Assembly: GCA_965200315.1 (NCBI GenBank)
Contig: OZ241362.1
Location: 320,001-384,000, forward strand
Reading direction: 5' to 3'
Origin: Candidatus Latescibacterota bacterium
GTDB lineage: Bacteria > Latescibacterota > UBA2968 > UBA8231
DNA: 64,000 nucleotides
The notes under the pieces were generated by a model that saw nothing but the letters and a program-made list of their open reading frames with translations, was not told the DNA's origin and ran no database searches. Positions 9,581-18,315 of the stretch are shown piece after piece. Made by a program: the position numbers and the translations under genes. How positions within the stretch are numbered: position 1 is the stretch's first letter; each line of letters begins with the position of its first letter.

Positions 9581-9643
9581 AGCTCCTCCTTTTGCATTGG
9601 TTTTTTAATAGACGCTCCAAGTCGGCCAAAAGCTTCGCATGGT

Positions 9644-11149
9644 CTAAAAATACTGTCCCAATCCCACGGACAACCCGTAAGTACCTTCTGCCGCTCCGTA
9701 GGCAATATCGCCGCGCAACACTGGCGTGTTGTACACCTTGGGCCAGCCTAAGCGGATGCCCAAGCCAGGGGAACAGACCAAATTGGCCGTCTCTCTGTTG
9801 GGTGTCCAAGCCGCGCCGCAATCCACAAAGGCAGCGCTGGCGAGGGTGTACCAAGGTCGGTGAATTAAAGTGGGGCGCGCTTCCAAGTTGAACAGTGCGC
9901 GTCTCGTGCCATCGTAGCGCCGAGGGGCATAGCCGCGCAAGCCGTACGCTGGGCCGAGGAGGAGCTGATCGGCGTTCTCACTGCGGTGCAGGGCTTTCCA
10001 AGCGGCGCGCAAGGCGAGCGAATGAGCCGCTCCCAGCCGAAAGTACGCGGTCGCGGATGCTGAGGCCAAGAGGTTGTAAAATTTCCCCTCGCCTCGGTAC
10101 GCGCTGGCAAACAAGGCCAGTTCGGCGTAGCTGCGCTTGGTAGGTTCGAAGCGGGGGGCCAGATGGGCCTGATACCAAGAAAAGGTCCGATCCGATCCCA
10201 AGGAGCGATGGACAAAGCCCCAGCGCAGCGACAGCCAACTGCCCGTTTGTAAATCCTCTAGCGGGCCTAAGTTGCGCATGTAGCGGGCGCGCTTATAGCG
10301 AGGACGCCACACGAGGAGGCTGACACTCGGTATAACCCGCGTCCGGTCAGCAGGCGCGTATCCATCGCTCGCGCTTGCGGTGAATCGGCGGCGGGTGCCC
10401 TGCAATTGCACCGAGGGACGCACCTTCGTCTGTGCGCCATAGGAGCGAGTCAGCCAGATGTGGCCGCCATCGAGCGCGTCTTGATAGCGCGTTGCGAACT
10501 GACCCTCCGAGTACAAGCGCCGCACGGCCTGTTGGCTGAACAGGGAAAGGCCATAGGCGCGGCGATCGGCTAAGGCGGCAAAGGGCCGCGAAAAAGTCAG
10601 GGCATGATCGTGGCCTTCGGTGCCTGTGGCGAGCTGGACCGCTAGGGCGCGTCGGCTGTTGCCAAGGCGCGGTTCGGCAAAAAGCAACTCGGCCCAAGGG
10701 CCGGAAATGGCTTGGTTCCCGAGGCCCAAGCGCAGGCGTTGACCGCGGCCGCGAAAATTGTAGTCGAGCGCGACCGCGCCGAAGCTCAATTCGTCGATTT
10801 GTCCCGAGATCAAGGGGGATAAAGCGCGCGAGTAGAGATCTTCTACCGAGACCGTCACCTCGACGCCGTCGGGGTGATCGAGCAAGCGGATATGTACTTC
10901 GCCGACAAACAGCAAACGCCGCAAATTGCGCACTGTCTCGGCAACGAGGGTGGAGTCGAGGACATCGCCTTCGGCAAAGAGCAATTCGCGGCGAATGATC
11001 TGTTCGTCGGTGCGCTCGAGACCGTGGATGACAATGCGGTGGATGCGCGGAAGATCCGCCTCGGCGCACGTGCGTCCGGCTGCGAGCAAAAGGACCGCAA
11101 GCAGGAAGATCCGACTCAACGGAAAATATGGGGGGCTGTAGTACAACAT
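9644..11149 (-). CDS. Omp85/BamA-TamA family outer-membrane protein with one POTRA domain
   Basis: Signal peptide, POTRA-like IHGLERTDEQIIRRELLF.EGD, LRGY motif, terminal GQYF. Confidence 0.8.
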   Translation of the reverse strand: MLYYSPPYFPLSRIFLLAVLLLAAGRTCAEADLPRIHRIVIHGLERTDEQIIRRELLFAEGDVLDSTLVAETVRNLRRLLFVGEVHIRLLDHPDGVEVTVSVEDLYSRALSPLISGQIDELSFGAVALDYNFRGRGQRLRLGLGNQAISGPWAELLFAEPRLGNSRRALAVQLATGTEGHDHALTFSRPFAALADRRAYGLSLFSQQAVRRLYSEGQFATRYQDALDGGHIWLTRSYGAQTKVRPSVQLQGTRRRFTASASDGYAPADRTRVIPSVSLLVWRPRYKRARYMRNLGPLEDLQTGSWLSLRWGFVHRSLGSDRTFSWYQAHLAPRFEPTKRSYAELALFASAYRGEGKFYNLLASASATAYFRLGAAHSLALRAAWKALHRSENADQLLLGPAYGLRGYAPRRYDGTRRALFNLEARPTLIHRPWYTLASAAFVDCGAAWTPNRETANLVCSPGLGIRLGWPKVYNTPVLRGDIAYGAAEGTYGLSVGLGQYF

Positions 11150-11179
11150 GGGCTAGGGAAGCAGGTACAATTGGCGGCT

Positions 11180-11209
11180 ATCTTAACCGATACAGCGCTA
11201 GTTTGTCAA
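11180..11209 (-). promoter_or_regulatory. Putative sigma70 promoter (minus strand)
   Basis: Reverse complement reads TTGACA-18 bp-TAAGAT upstream of the Omp85 gene; a second TTGACA at 11245 faces the plus-strand genes. Confidence 0.5.
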
Positions 11210-11300
11210 ACCACAGTCTGAGCAAAAAGCGCGCTGGAAGTAAGTTGACAGCCCGGGCGAGAACAACCTTATTTTCGCGCTCTAAGTTCGCAGTCGGACG

Positions 11301-11813
11301 ATGAACGAAGGCACCCCAACAACCGTCAAAGTGCTGCGCGAGCAGCTAGTAAACGCGCGCCAAGAACGCGACTTGGGCTTGTTGCGCGATGTGGAGGAGG
11401 GCTTGCGCCAGCTAGGCAAGATCGGCTACCGCTGTTGTCTGGTTGATTTCGATAGCTGCCGGTTGCGCTATTACGTCCGTCTTTTAGGCTACGAACAGGC
11501 GCGGGTCAAAGCGCAGATCGAATTTCCCATCTCCCATGAAATTGCCCCGGTGCAGTGGTTGCCGCTGTCTCATCTGGCCGATTACGGGGAGGCCGAAAAC
11601 GCTCAGAGCATTCGCCGCATATACGAGGAGATGGCCCACTACATCCAACACAAGTCGCCGGCTTTGCAAGTGGGGACGCTCGCTCTCAACCGGCCTAGGC
11701 GGAAGCCGTCCAAAAGATCGCGACGGCGCAGGCGAAACAAGGTTTGGTTTTACTTAGGGGGCTTGGTCGTGCTAGCGACTCTCGCCAGTTTCATTGCTTG
11801 GGGGAATTTGTGA
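11301..11813 (+). CDS. Hypothetical protein with poly-Arg stretch and C-terminal TM anchor
   Basis: 170-aa ORF ending RRKPSKRSRRRRRNK-VWFYLGGLVVLATLASFIAWG; stop overlaps the next ATG (TGATG). Confidence 0.7.
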   Translation: MNEGTPTTVKVLREQLVNARQERDLGLLRDVEEGLRQLGKIGYRCCLVDFDSCRLRYYVRLLGYEQARVKAQIEFPISHEIAPVQWLPLSHLADYGEAENAQSIRRIYEEMAHYIQHKSPALQVGTLALNRPRRKPSKRSRRRRRNKVWFYLGGLVVLATLASFIAWGNL

Positions 11814-12457
11814 TGCTAAAGGAAACTCTTCGATCTCGAAGCCGATTTGTGTGGCTCTTCGCTGGGATCCTCGGAGTTAGCGGGTGCAGTCAAAATTTCA
11901 GCGGCGAGGAGCCAGCCGCGGCCATGGCCGAGCGGGGATTCACCGCCCGATCCCCAACGCCAACCAGTGCAACACCAACTCAGGTGGGCGGGCGGCAGGC
12001 ACTGGGGCCACTCAGCGCGGTGGCTCCCAAGGGTTGGGTGGCGCAGCAGCCATCCAGTTCCATGCGGGTGGCTCAATACGGCCTTCCTGGCCCGGCCGGA
12101 GAAGCGACACTGGGCATCTTTTTTTTTGGCCCAGGACAAGGCGGAAGCGTCGAGGCCAACATTGAGCGTTGGTTCGGCCAATTCAAACAGGAGGACAGCC
12201 AACCAGCCCAAGGGCGGCGTTGGACGCGACAGGTGGGGGCCATCGAAATAACTGGAATTGATGTCAGCGGCACCTTCTCTGGGGGAATGGGGATGGGAAG
12301 CGCGGAACCCCAAGCCGACTACCGGATGCTCGGAGCCATTGCCGTCCACCGCTCGGGCACGGTGTTTTTCAAGATGACTGGACCGGCCCAAACCGTCGCG
12401 CAATGGGCTGCGAGCTTTGATGAGTTCTTGGGCAGTTTGCAAGCTGTCGAGTCTTGA
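11813..12457 (+). CDS. Hypothetical lipoprotein
   Basis: Lipobox VSGC after a hydrophobic stretch; PKGW...SSMRVAQY, GGSVEANIERWFGQF and FFKMTGP motifs of a conserved uncharacterised family. Confidence 0.75.
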   Translation: MLKETLRSRSRFVWLFAGILGVSGCSQNFSGEEPAAAMAERGFTARSPTPTSATPTQVGGRQALGPLSAVAPKGWVAQQPSSSMRVAQYGLPGPAGEATLGIFFFGPGQGGSVEANIERWFGQFKQEDSQPAQGRRWTRQVGAIEITGIDVSGTFSGGMGMGSAEPQADYRMLGAIAVHRSGTVFFKMTGPAQTVAQWAASFDEFLGSLQAVES

Positions 12458-12471
12458 ATACTGAGGGAAAC

Positions 12472-13314
12472 ATGTACGCGCAATTAGAAGACGAATTCGG
12501 CGCCGTCGTCGCCAAGGCCCGTCGCGGGCAGGAGATGGCGGTCGCAGTGCTGGCCGACCGGGTGGGATTGATTACCGAGGATATCGCAAAGATCGAAGAC
12601 TACGAGCTGGTCCCGGCCGCAGACGCCATTGAGCGGCTAGCCCAATCTCTCGGCTTGCACCCGGGCAAATTGCAGGCGAGCGCGGCGCAGGCATTTTTCC
12701 CGCGCCATCCGGCGGGCCGTTCGATGGCCGAGGCGCAGGTGGAGATGATGGTGCTTGGCAGCGGCTTTCTGATGAACGGCTACATCGTCGGCTGTGCGGC
12801 AACGGGTCGTGCCGCGATCATCGACCCAGGATTCGACGCGGATAAAATCCTCCAGCGCTTGACCGCCTCTGGGCTAACGGTCGAACAGATCTTGCTGACG
12901 CACGGCCACCAAGACCACATCAGCGCCCTCGCCGAAATTGGCCGCGCCACGGCCGCGCCAGCGCGGATTCACAGTGGCGACTTGGCCCTAACGGGCCGTT
13001 TGGCCGACCAAATCGCGGGAGAACTAGCTGAAGGCGAAGTTGTCCATGTCGGCGACTTGCGCTTTGAGGTTCACTCCACGCCCGGACACACGGCGGGCGG
13101 CATCAGCTTAGTCCACGAGGAGATGGCCTTTGTCGGGGACGCGCTTTTCGCGGGTTCGCTTGGGGGCACTCGCAGCGTGGTCAACTACCGGAGGCAGCGC
13201 CAAGCCGTGGCCGAGAAGTTACTCGGTCTAGACGAAAACGTCGCGCTCTTTCCCGGCCATGGACCCGCTACTACTGTGGGGGAAGAACGGGAGCACAATC
13301 CGTTCTTTTTATAA
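12472..13314 (+). CDS. MBL-fold metallo-hydrolase with N-terminal Xre/Cro-like HTH
   Basis: THGHQDH, TPGHT, GDALF, PGHG motifs; N-terminal AKARRGQEM....LADRVG helix pattern. Confidence 0.85.
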   Translation: MYAQLEDEFGAVVAKARRGQEMAVAVLADRVGLITEDIAKIEDYELVPAADAIERLAQSLGLHPGKLQASAAQAFFPRHPAGRSMAEAQVEMMVLGSGFLMNGYIVGCAATGRAAIIDPGFDADKILQRLTASGLTVEQILLTHGHQDHISALAEIGRATAAPARIHSGDLALTGRLADQIAGELAEGEVVHVGDLRFEVHSTPGHTAGGISLVHEEMAFVGDALFAGSLGGTRSVVNYRRQRQAVAEKLLGLDENVALFPGHGPATTVGEEREHNPFFL

Positions 13315-13337
13315 AACTTTCCAACGAGTTGGGTCGA

Positions 13338-14153
13338 TTACGGGGAGTCTGCCGCTGGGCGGGGGCTTCCCGTTTCTTTGTCCTCGTTGAGCGTCCAGTC
13401 GTAGTCGTTGTATTCGATGGATATATCTTCGGTCAGTCCAGCGGCTAGGTCCGGGGGAAGGTACGGGCGCAGGTAGTTGACGATGGTGGGCATATTTTCG
13501 GGATTGGGGCGGTCGGGCGGGAACCAAGCTGTGAAATCCTCTCCGTACCAGTCGAGAATTTTGGATAGGTAGAGTCGCTTCTCTTGCAAGCGCACGTGGT
13601 TTGGGTCTTGGGCAAAGCGCGTCAGTGCCCGTTCCAAGCGGGCGTCGAGGTCGGGGGCGGTAAAGGCCTGGTTGTCTAGTTGCGGGCAGCTAAGGGCCGC
13701 GCAGTTGACCGCAAAGTGAATGCGCGGCTCTTGGTAGGTTGGGCGGATAATTTTGTTTTCAACGTGATCCAGCGTCATCTCGCGCCCGCCAGCGACAAAG
13801 GTCTGGCGGTTAAAAAAGCCGCTGAGTACAAAGGCATCTTTGACGCTGGCGATGGGATAGGCGTCGATGACGCCCCGCAGGGTAAAGGCGTTGTACGCAT
13901 TGATCCAGTAGGCTAGCTCGTGTTCGCGGGTGGGGAAGCGGTCGGGATGAGTCTCGGGGCTGTAGTGGCCGAGACTATCGACATAGGCGTCGAGTTGGGC
14001 GCGGTCTTTGGCTAGAGCGGCGTAGCGGACCAATCCTTGGTCATCGACGTATTCTTGCAGCACTTGGTCAAAGGGGTTGTGGTCAAAGGGAGAAGCCGCG
14101 CAAAGGGCGACTGGGATGAGCAGCCACAAAGGCAGGAAGTAAAGTGAGCGCAT
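13338..14153 (-). CDS. DUF547 domain exported protein
   Basis: LAYWINAYNA, EPRIHFAVNCAALSCP, LSKILDWYGEDF, YDWTLN; signal peptide. Confidence 0.88.
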   Translation of the reverse strand: MRSLYFLPLWLLIPVALCAASPFDHNPFDQVLQEYVDDQGLVRYAALAKDRAQLDAYVDSLGHYSPETHPDRFPTREHELAYWINAYNAFTLRGVIDAYPIASVKDAFVLSGFFNRQTFVAGGREMTLDHVENKIIRPTYQEPRIHFAVNCAALSCPQLDNQAFTAPDLDARLERALTRFAQDPNHVRLQEKRLYLSKILDWYGEDFTAWFPPDRPNPENMPTIVNYLRPYLPPDLAAGLTEDISIEYNDYDWTLNEDKETGSPRPAADSP

Positions 14154-14293
14154 GGTTTTTCCAATGGATTAGGGTGGGATGAGGATGTCTCCGCTAGGAG
14201 CAATTTATATTATTCTCGACGCTGTGCAATAACTCCATCCGCTTTGCCAATCCTCCACTCGCGCTATCCATTAGATAGAGAGGCCAATTCTTT

Positions 14294-15706
14294 ATGAACA
14301 GACCCAATTTTGTGCTCATTACAGCAGATGACATGAACTGGGATGCGGTGGGGGCATTTGGGTGTCCGACCGCGGGAACAACACCCAATATCGACCGATT
14401 GGCCGCAGCGGGATTGCGCTTTCAGCACGGCCATGTGACGATTGCGGTGTGTCAACCGAGCCGCTCGGCATTGATGACTGGGCGCTATCCGCATCTGAGT
14501 GGGGGCGAAGGCTTTTATCATTTGCGCTACGAAGGCGTACCTATGCTGCCCGCGATTCTGCGAGATGAGGGGTATGATGTAGGCATTTTGGGCAAAGTGG
14601 CACATTCGACGCCATATCAGACGTTTCAATGGGATATGGCGCATGATCAAATCCATTTGGGGCAGGGACGAAATCCCGAGGTGTATCATCAGTATGCCAA
14701 AAATTTCGTGCAGGATGCCGTAGCCGGCGACCGGCCATTTTTTTTGCTGGCAAACTCCCACGATCCGCATCGTCCGTTTTACGGTAATGACAAGTCCGAG
14801 TGGTATAGCGAACTCGATCCACCCGCAGTGCCGCCTTCGCGCACATTTGCGCCAGAAGAGGTGATCGTCCCTAAGTTTTTGCCCGATATATCGGAGGTGC
14901 GGCTGGAAATAGCCGAGTATTACAATTCTGTGCGCCGCTGTGATGATACGGTGGGGCGATTGCTCAATGTGTTGGATGAGGTGGGTGTGGCAGAGAATAC
15001 GCTAGTGATGTTTTTGTCGGATAATGGCATGGCGTTTCCGTTTGCCAAGACCAATTGTTATTTGAACAGTACGCGCACCCCTTGGGTGGTGCGCTGGCCA
15101 GCGGTTATTGAGGCTGGGCGCTCGGATACCAAGCATTTTATTTCGGGGATAGATTATTTACCTACGGTGCTCGATGCAATTGGCGTGGATATTCCAGACG
15201 GCGTCAATGGCCAGTCGCTTTTGCCGGTGTTGCGGGGTGCAGAGCAGGCTGGATGCGAACAGGTATTCACACAATTTCACCAGACTTCGGCGCGGCACAA
15301 TTATCCCATGCGGTGCGTACAAAATGCGCGGTTCGGTTACATTTTCAACCCTTGGTCCGATGGTGAGCGAGCGTTTCATAATGAGTCCCAGAATGGTCGG
15401 TCTTGGCAGGCGATGCAAGAAGCCGCGGCCTGCGATCCAGCATTGGCGGCGCGCAATCACTTGTTTACGTATCGCGTACTGGAAGAATTTTACGACTTTG
15501 CCAACGACCCCAATGCGCTGAACAACCTGATTGATGATCCCAACTATGCCGATGAAGTTCAAAGTCTGAGAAATGCGCTTGAGGAATGGATGGTGGAGAC
15601 CGACGATCCGGCACTCAACACCTTTCGCGGTCGTGCCTCGCGGCAGGCACTAGATGATTTGATGGGTCACCTAGCGGATGCAATTGGACCGAGTGCGGAC
15701 AAATAG
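14294..15706 (+). CDS. Sulfatase (Cys-type, sulfamidase-like subgroup)
   Basis: RPNFVLITADD, CQPSRSALMTGRYP formylglycine motif, GKVAH, DPHRPF, FLSDNGMAFPFAKTNCY. Confidence 0.92.
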   Translation: MNRPNFVLITADDMNWDAVGAFGCPTAGTTPNIDRLAAAGLRFQHGHVTIAVCQPSRSALMTGRYPHLSGGEGFYHLRYEGVPMLPAILRDEGYDVGILGKVAHSTPYQTFQWDMAHDQIHLGQGRNPEVYHQYAKNFVQDAVAGDRPFFLLANSHDPHRPFYGNDKSEWYSELDPPAVPPSRTFAPEEVIVPKFLPDISEVRLEIAEYYNSVRRCDDTVGRLLNVLDEVGVAENTLVMFLSDNGMAFPFAKTNCYLNSTRTPWVVRWPAVIEAGRSDTKHFISGIDYLPTVLDAIGVDIPDGVNGQSLLPVLRGAEQAGCEQVFTQFHQTSARHNYPMRCVQNARFGYIFNPWSDGERAFHNESQNGRSWQAMQEAAACDPALAARNHLFTYRVLEEFYDFANDPNALNNLIDDPNYADEVQSLRNALEEWMVETDDPALNTFRGRASRQALDDLMGHLADAIGPSADK

Positions 15707-17758
15707 GTGATGAACGCCATTCGCCGAGAGGGGGCCATCCTTTGGGGCCTAGCTCTGTTGTGGCTGTTGCTCTTTGTGGCCTCCATGCTCTACCACACAG
15801 GCGGCCGCTTGGCCCTGCCGCTGGACGATTCCTTCATCTATTTCCAATACGCTCGGCAAGCGGCCCAAGGGCATTTCCTCGAATACAACACCCTCGCTGA
15901 GCCAACGGCCGGCGCGACTAGTCTGCTGTACACCTTGCTGCTGCTGCCGGGCTTTTGGCTGGGGCTGGATGGGATGGGGATTGCGCTGTACGCGTTGGCA
16001 TTGGGGGCTGTGTGGCTGGGGTTGAGTGCTCGGTTGCTCCTGCTGCTAGGCCATAGATTGGGAGGCTCGTTCAGCGGTTGGGTGGCCGCGTTGATGTTTC
16101 TGTTGTGCGGCCCACTGCTGTGGGGCTATTACAGCGGCATGGCGATCGGCCTCTTTGCCTGCGCCATCTTGTTGACCCTGTATCTCTACCTAACAGAAGA
16201 TCGGCGCGCTCCGCTGGCAGCGGCCTTTTTGGCGTTGGCGCGGCCCGAGGGGATCGCCTTGGTCTTGCTGTTGTTGGTGCTAGTCGCCTATCGCCGGGCA
16301 TTGCATTGGCAGTGGGGGGTGCCTTTGGGGGTGTATGTGGTCCAAGCGCTGCTGCTGGCTTGGTGGACGGGAGAGGCTGGGGCATCTGGGATCGAGGCCA
16401 AATGGCGCTTTGCCGAACCGCACGGGTCATTACCCGAGCAGCTCCGCGCTGTCTTCTTCGACTTCGCCGAATTTGTCAAAGGGATTCTCACCGGGTCGCT
16501 GGGGCATCAGACCAGCGTCAACTTATACGCGTACGACGGCAACTATCGCCGCATGGTGTTTGCGCCGTTTGTCGCGCTGTTTGTTTTGGCCGAGCTGAGC
16601 TACCGGCTCTGGGGCGAACTGTCCGAGCGGCGGTTCGGGGTGGCGGCATTGGGTGGGGCGTGGTTTGTCGGCGGCGTCTTACTAACCTGCACTCTCGTAG
16701 AATATGATGCCCATTTCAATCGCTACCAGCAGCCTTTCTTGCCGCTTTACATTCTCTTTGCTGCTTTGGGCTTGGGGCGGTTGGAGGCGGCTGGGGGGGA
16801 ATGGGGCCGCAAGTTGGCTCGGGGGTTGGCTTGCTTTTTCGGCTTGTGGGGGGTGATGTCGGTGGGGTTTTTCGCGGTTGCGTACGGGGAAAATTGCAGC
16901 GATATCCGCAACCAGCAGGTCGAGATGGCGCGCTTTATCGACGCCGAGTTGCCGCCCGACGCACGCATCGCCGTCAACGACGCTGGGGCCCTGCGCTATT
17001 TCGGTCGCCGCCAAACTATCGACTTAGTCGGATTGACCACAGCCGGGAACAGCGCGCCTTGGCGGCACGGGAGCGGGTCGCTATTCGAGCGGCTGGAGGC
17101 CATGCCGCCAGACCAGCGCCCTCAGTACTTTGCCATTTTCCCCAATTGGTTCAATTTCCCGGAAGGCATCTTCTTGCAGCCACTGCACCGCATCCGCGTC
17201 TTTGAGCCGTCGATTATAGATGCCGAGAAGGTGTTGTATCAGGCGCACTGGACCGCCGAGCTCAGCGGCGAGGCCATCCGCAACCGGACGCTCTTAGAGG
17301 AAGGCTGGCGGGTGGTCGATAAAGTGGATGTCGCCGATTTGACCAGTGAACGTCAGCACGGCTACGAATCTAAAGTGTGGGTGCCCGGCAGTGGGGAGGC
17401 GAATCTGTTGCTGGCACTGAGTGCGACCGACGACCCTCAGGCCGTGTACATCGACGGGGGCCGGACGGTAACGGGGGGCGAGCGGATGGAGGTGGTTCTG
17501 AACGCTGGCCAGCCGGCGACGGTGATCATGCGCACGGTTACGGGTATTGCTCAGCACTTTGCGGTGTTCGCTAATGGCAAGAAAATTGCCAACGTGGAAC
17601 TACCGGGCGGGCGGGGCCGCCAGTGGCTCGAACTGGCCGTCGGCCAACTACCCGCTTCGGATGTCAGCAGCCGCGTCGAGCTTGAGACGCGGCCGCTTCA
17701 CTTTGGCGGCGATTTGCGGCCGATTGTTTCGTTTCACTACTGGGTTGTGCAGCGGTGA
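15707..17758 (+). CDS. Polytopic GT-C-fold glycosyltransferase-like membrane protein
   Basis: LDDSFIYFQYA after TM1, TSLLYTLL, ARPEG, RYQQP, DAGALRYF...DLVGL; many TM segments plus a soluble C-terminal domain. Confidence 0.75.
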   Translation: MMNAIRREGAILWGLALLWLLLFVASMLYHTGGRLALPLDDSFIYFQYARQAAQGHFLEYNTLAEPTAGATSLLYTLLLLPGFWLGLDGMGIALYALALGAVWLGLSARLLLLLGHRLGGSFSGWVAALMFLLCGPLLWGYYSGMAIGLFACAILLTLYLYLTEDRRAPLAAAFLALARPEGIALVLLLLVLVAYRRALHWQWGVPLGVYVVQALLLAWWTGEAGASGIEAKWRFAEPHGSLPEQLRAVFFDFAEFVKGILTGSLGHQTSVNLYAYDGNYRRMVFAPFVALFVLAELSYRLWGELSERRFGVAALGGAWFVGGVLLTCTLVEYDAHFNRYQQPFLPLYILFAALGLGRLEAAGGEWGRKLARGLACFFGLWGVMSVGFFAVAYGENCSDIRNQQVEMARFIDAELPPDARIAVNDAGALRYFGRRQTIDLVGLTTAGNSAPWRHGSGSLFERLEAMPPDQRPQYFAIFPNWFNFPEGIFLQPLHRIRVFEPSIIDAEKVLYQAHWTAELSGEAIRNRTLLEEGWRVVDKVDVADLTSERQHGYESKVWVPGSGEANLLLALSATDDPQAVYIDGGRTVTGGERMEVVLNAGQPATVIMRTVTGIAQHFAVFANGKKIANVELPGGRGRQWLELAVGQLPASDVSSRVELETRPLHFGGDLRPIVSFHYWVVQR

Positions 17759-17784
17759 CGCTGCTTCAGCAGCGGGCCTTGAAG

Positions 17785-18255
17785 TCACGGACTCGCGGCT
17801 AAAACGTCGAACTGGCCGTGTGGACGAATCTCTTTCAACACTTCTATTTCCAACGCCTGCAATTCGCGGTAGGCAATGATGAGGAAGTTGCCACAGCCAC
17901 AGGCTGGATCGAAAAATCGCAACTGGCCGAGCCGCTGCTGAAAGGCGATCAGTTCGGGAATGCGGCGGCTGGCGCGGCGGGCCTTGGGCCGACGAAATTC
18001 AGCACACAACTCGTCTAAAAACAGCGGCTCAATGACCTTGAGGATGCTGTTCTCGGTCGTATAGTGCGCCCCTTGAGCGCGGCGCCCGTCTTGGTCTATC
18101 ACTGACTGAAAGAGTGAGCCGAAAATCGCCGGCGAGATATCGGACCAATTGAAACGGCAAGCGTTGATGAGCCGCTGGCGCATGGCGGAATCAAAAGACG
18201 GAATGAGCAGCGGGTCGCGGAACAGGTCGCCGTTGACGTAAGGAAAGCGGGAGCC
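17785..18255 (-). pseudogene. Internal fragment of an MmeI-like type IIL restriction-modification adenine methyltransferase
   Basis: FPYVNGDLF, FNWSDISPAIFGSLFQSV, GAHYT..NSILKVIEPLFLDEL, FFDPACGCGNFLIIAYREL; no NPPY motif and no N-terminal nuclease or target-recognition domain. Confidence 0.85.
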
Positions 18256-18315
18256 ATGCCCGCGCTGGGGATTCCGGCTATATTTGGTAGTATGCAAACA
18301 AGCGGTATCGGCGCG

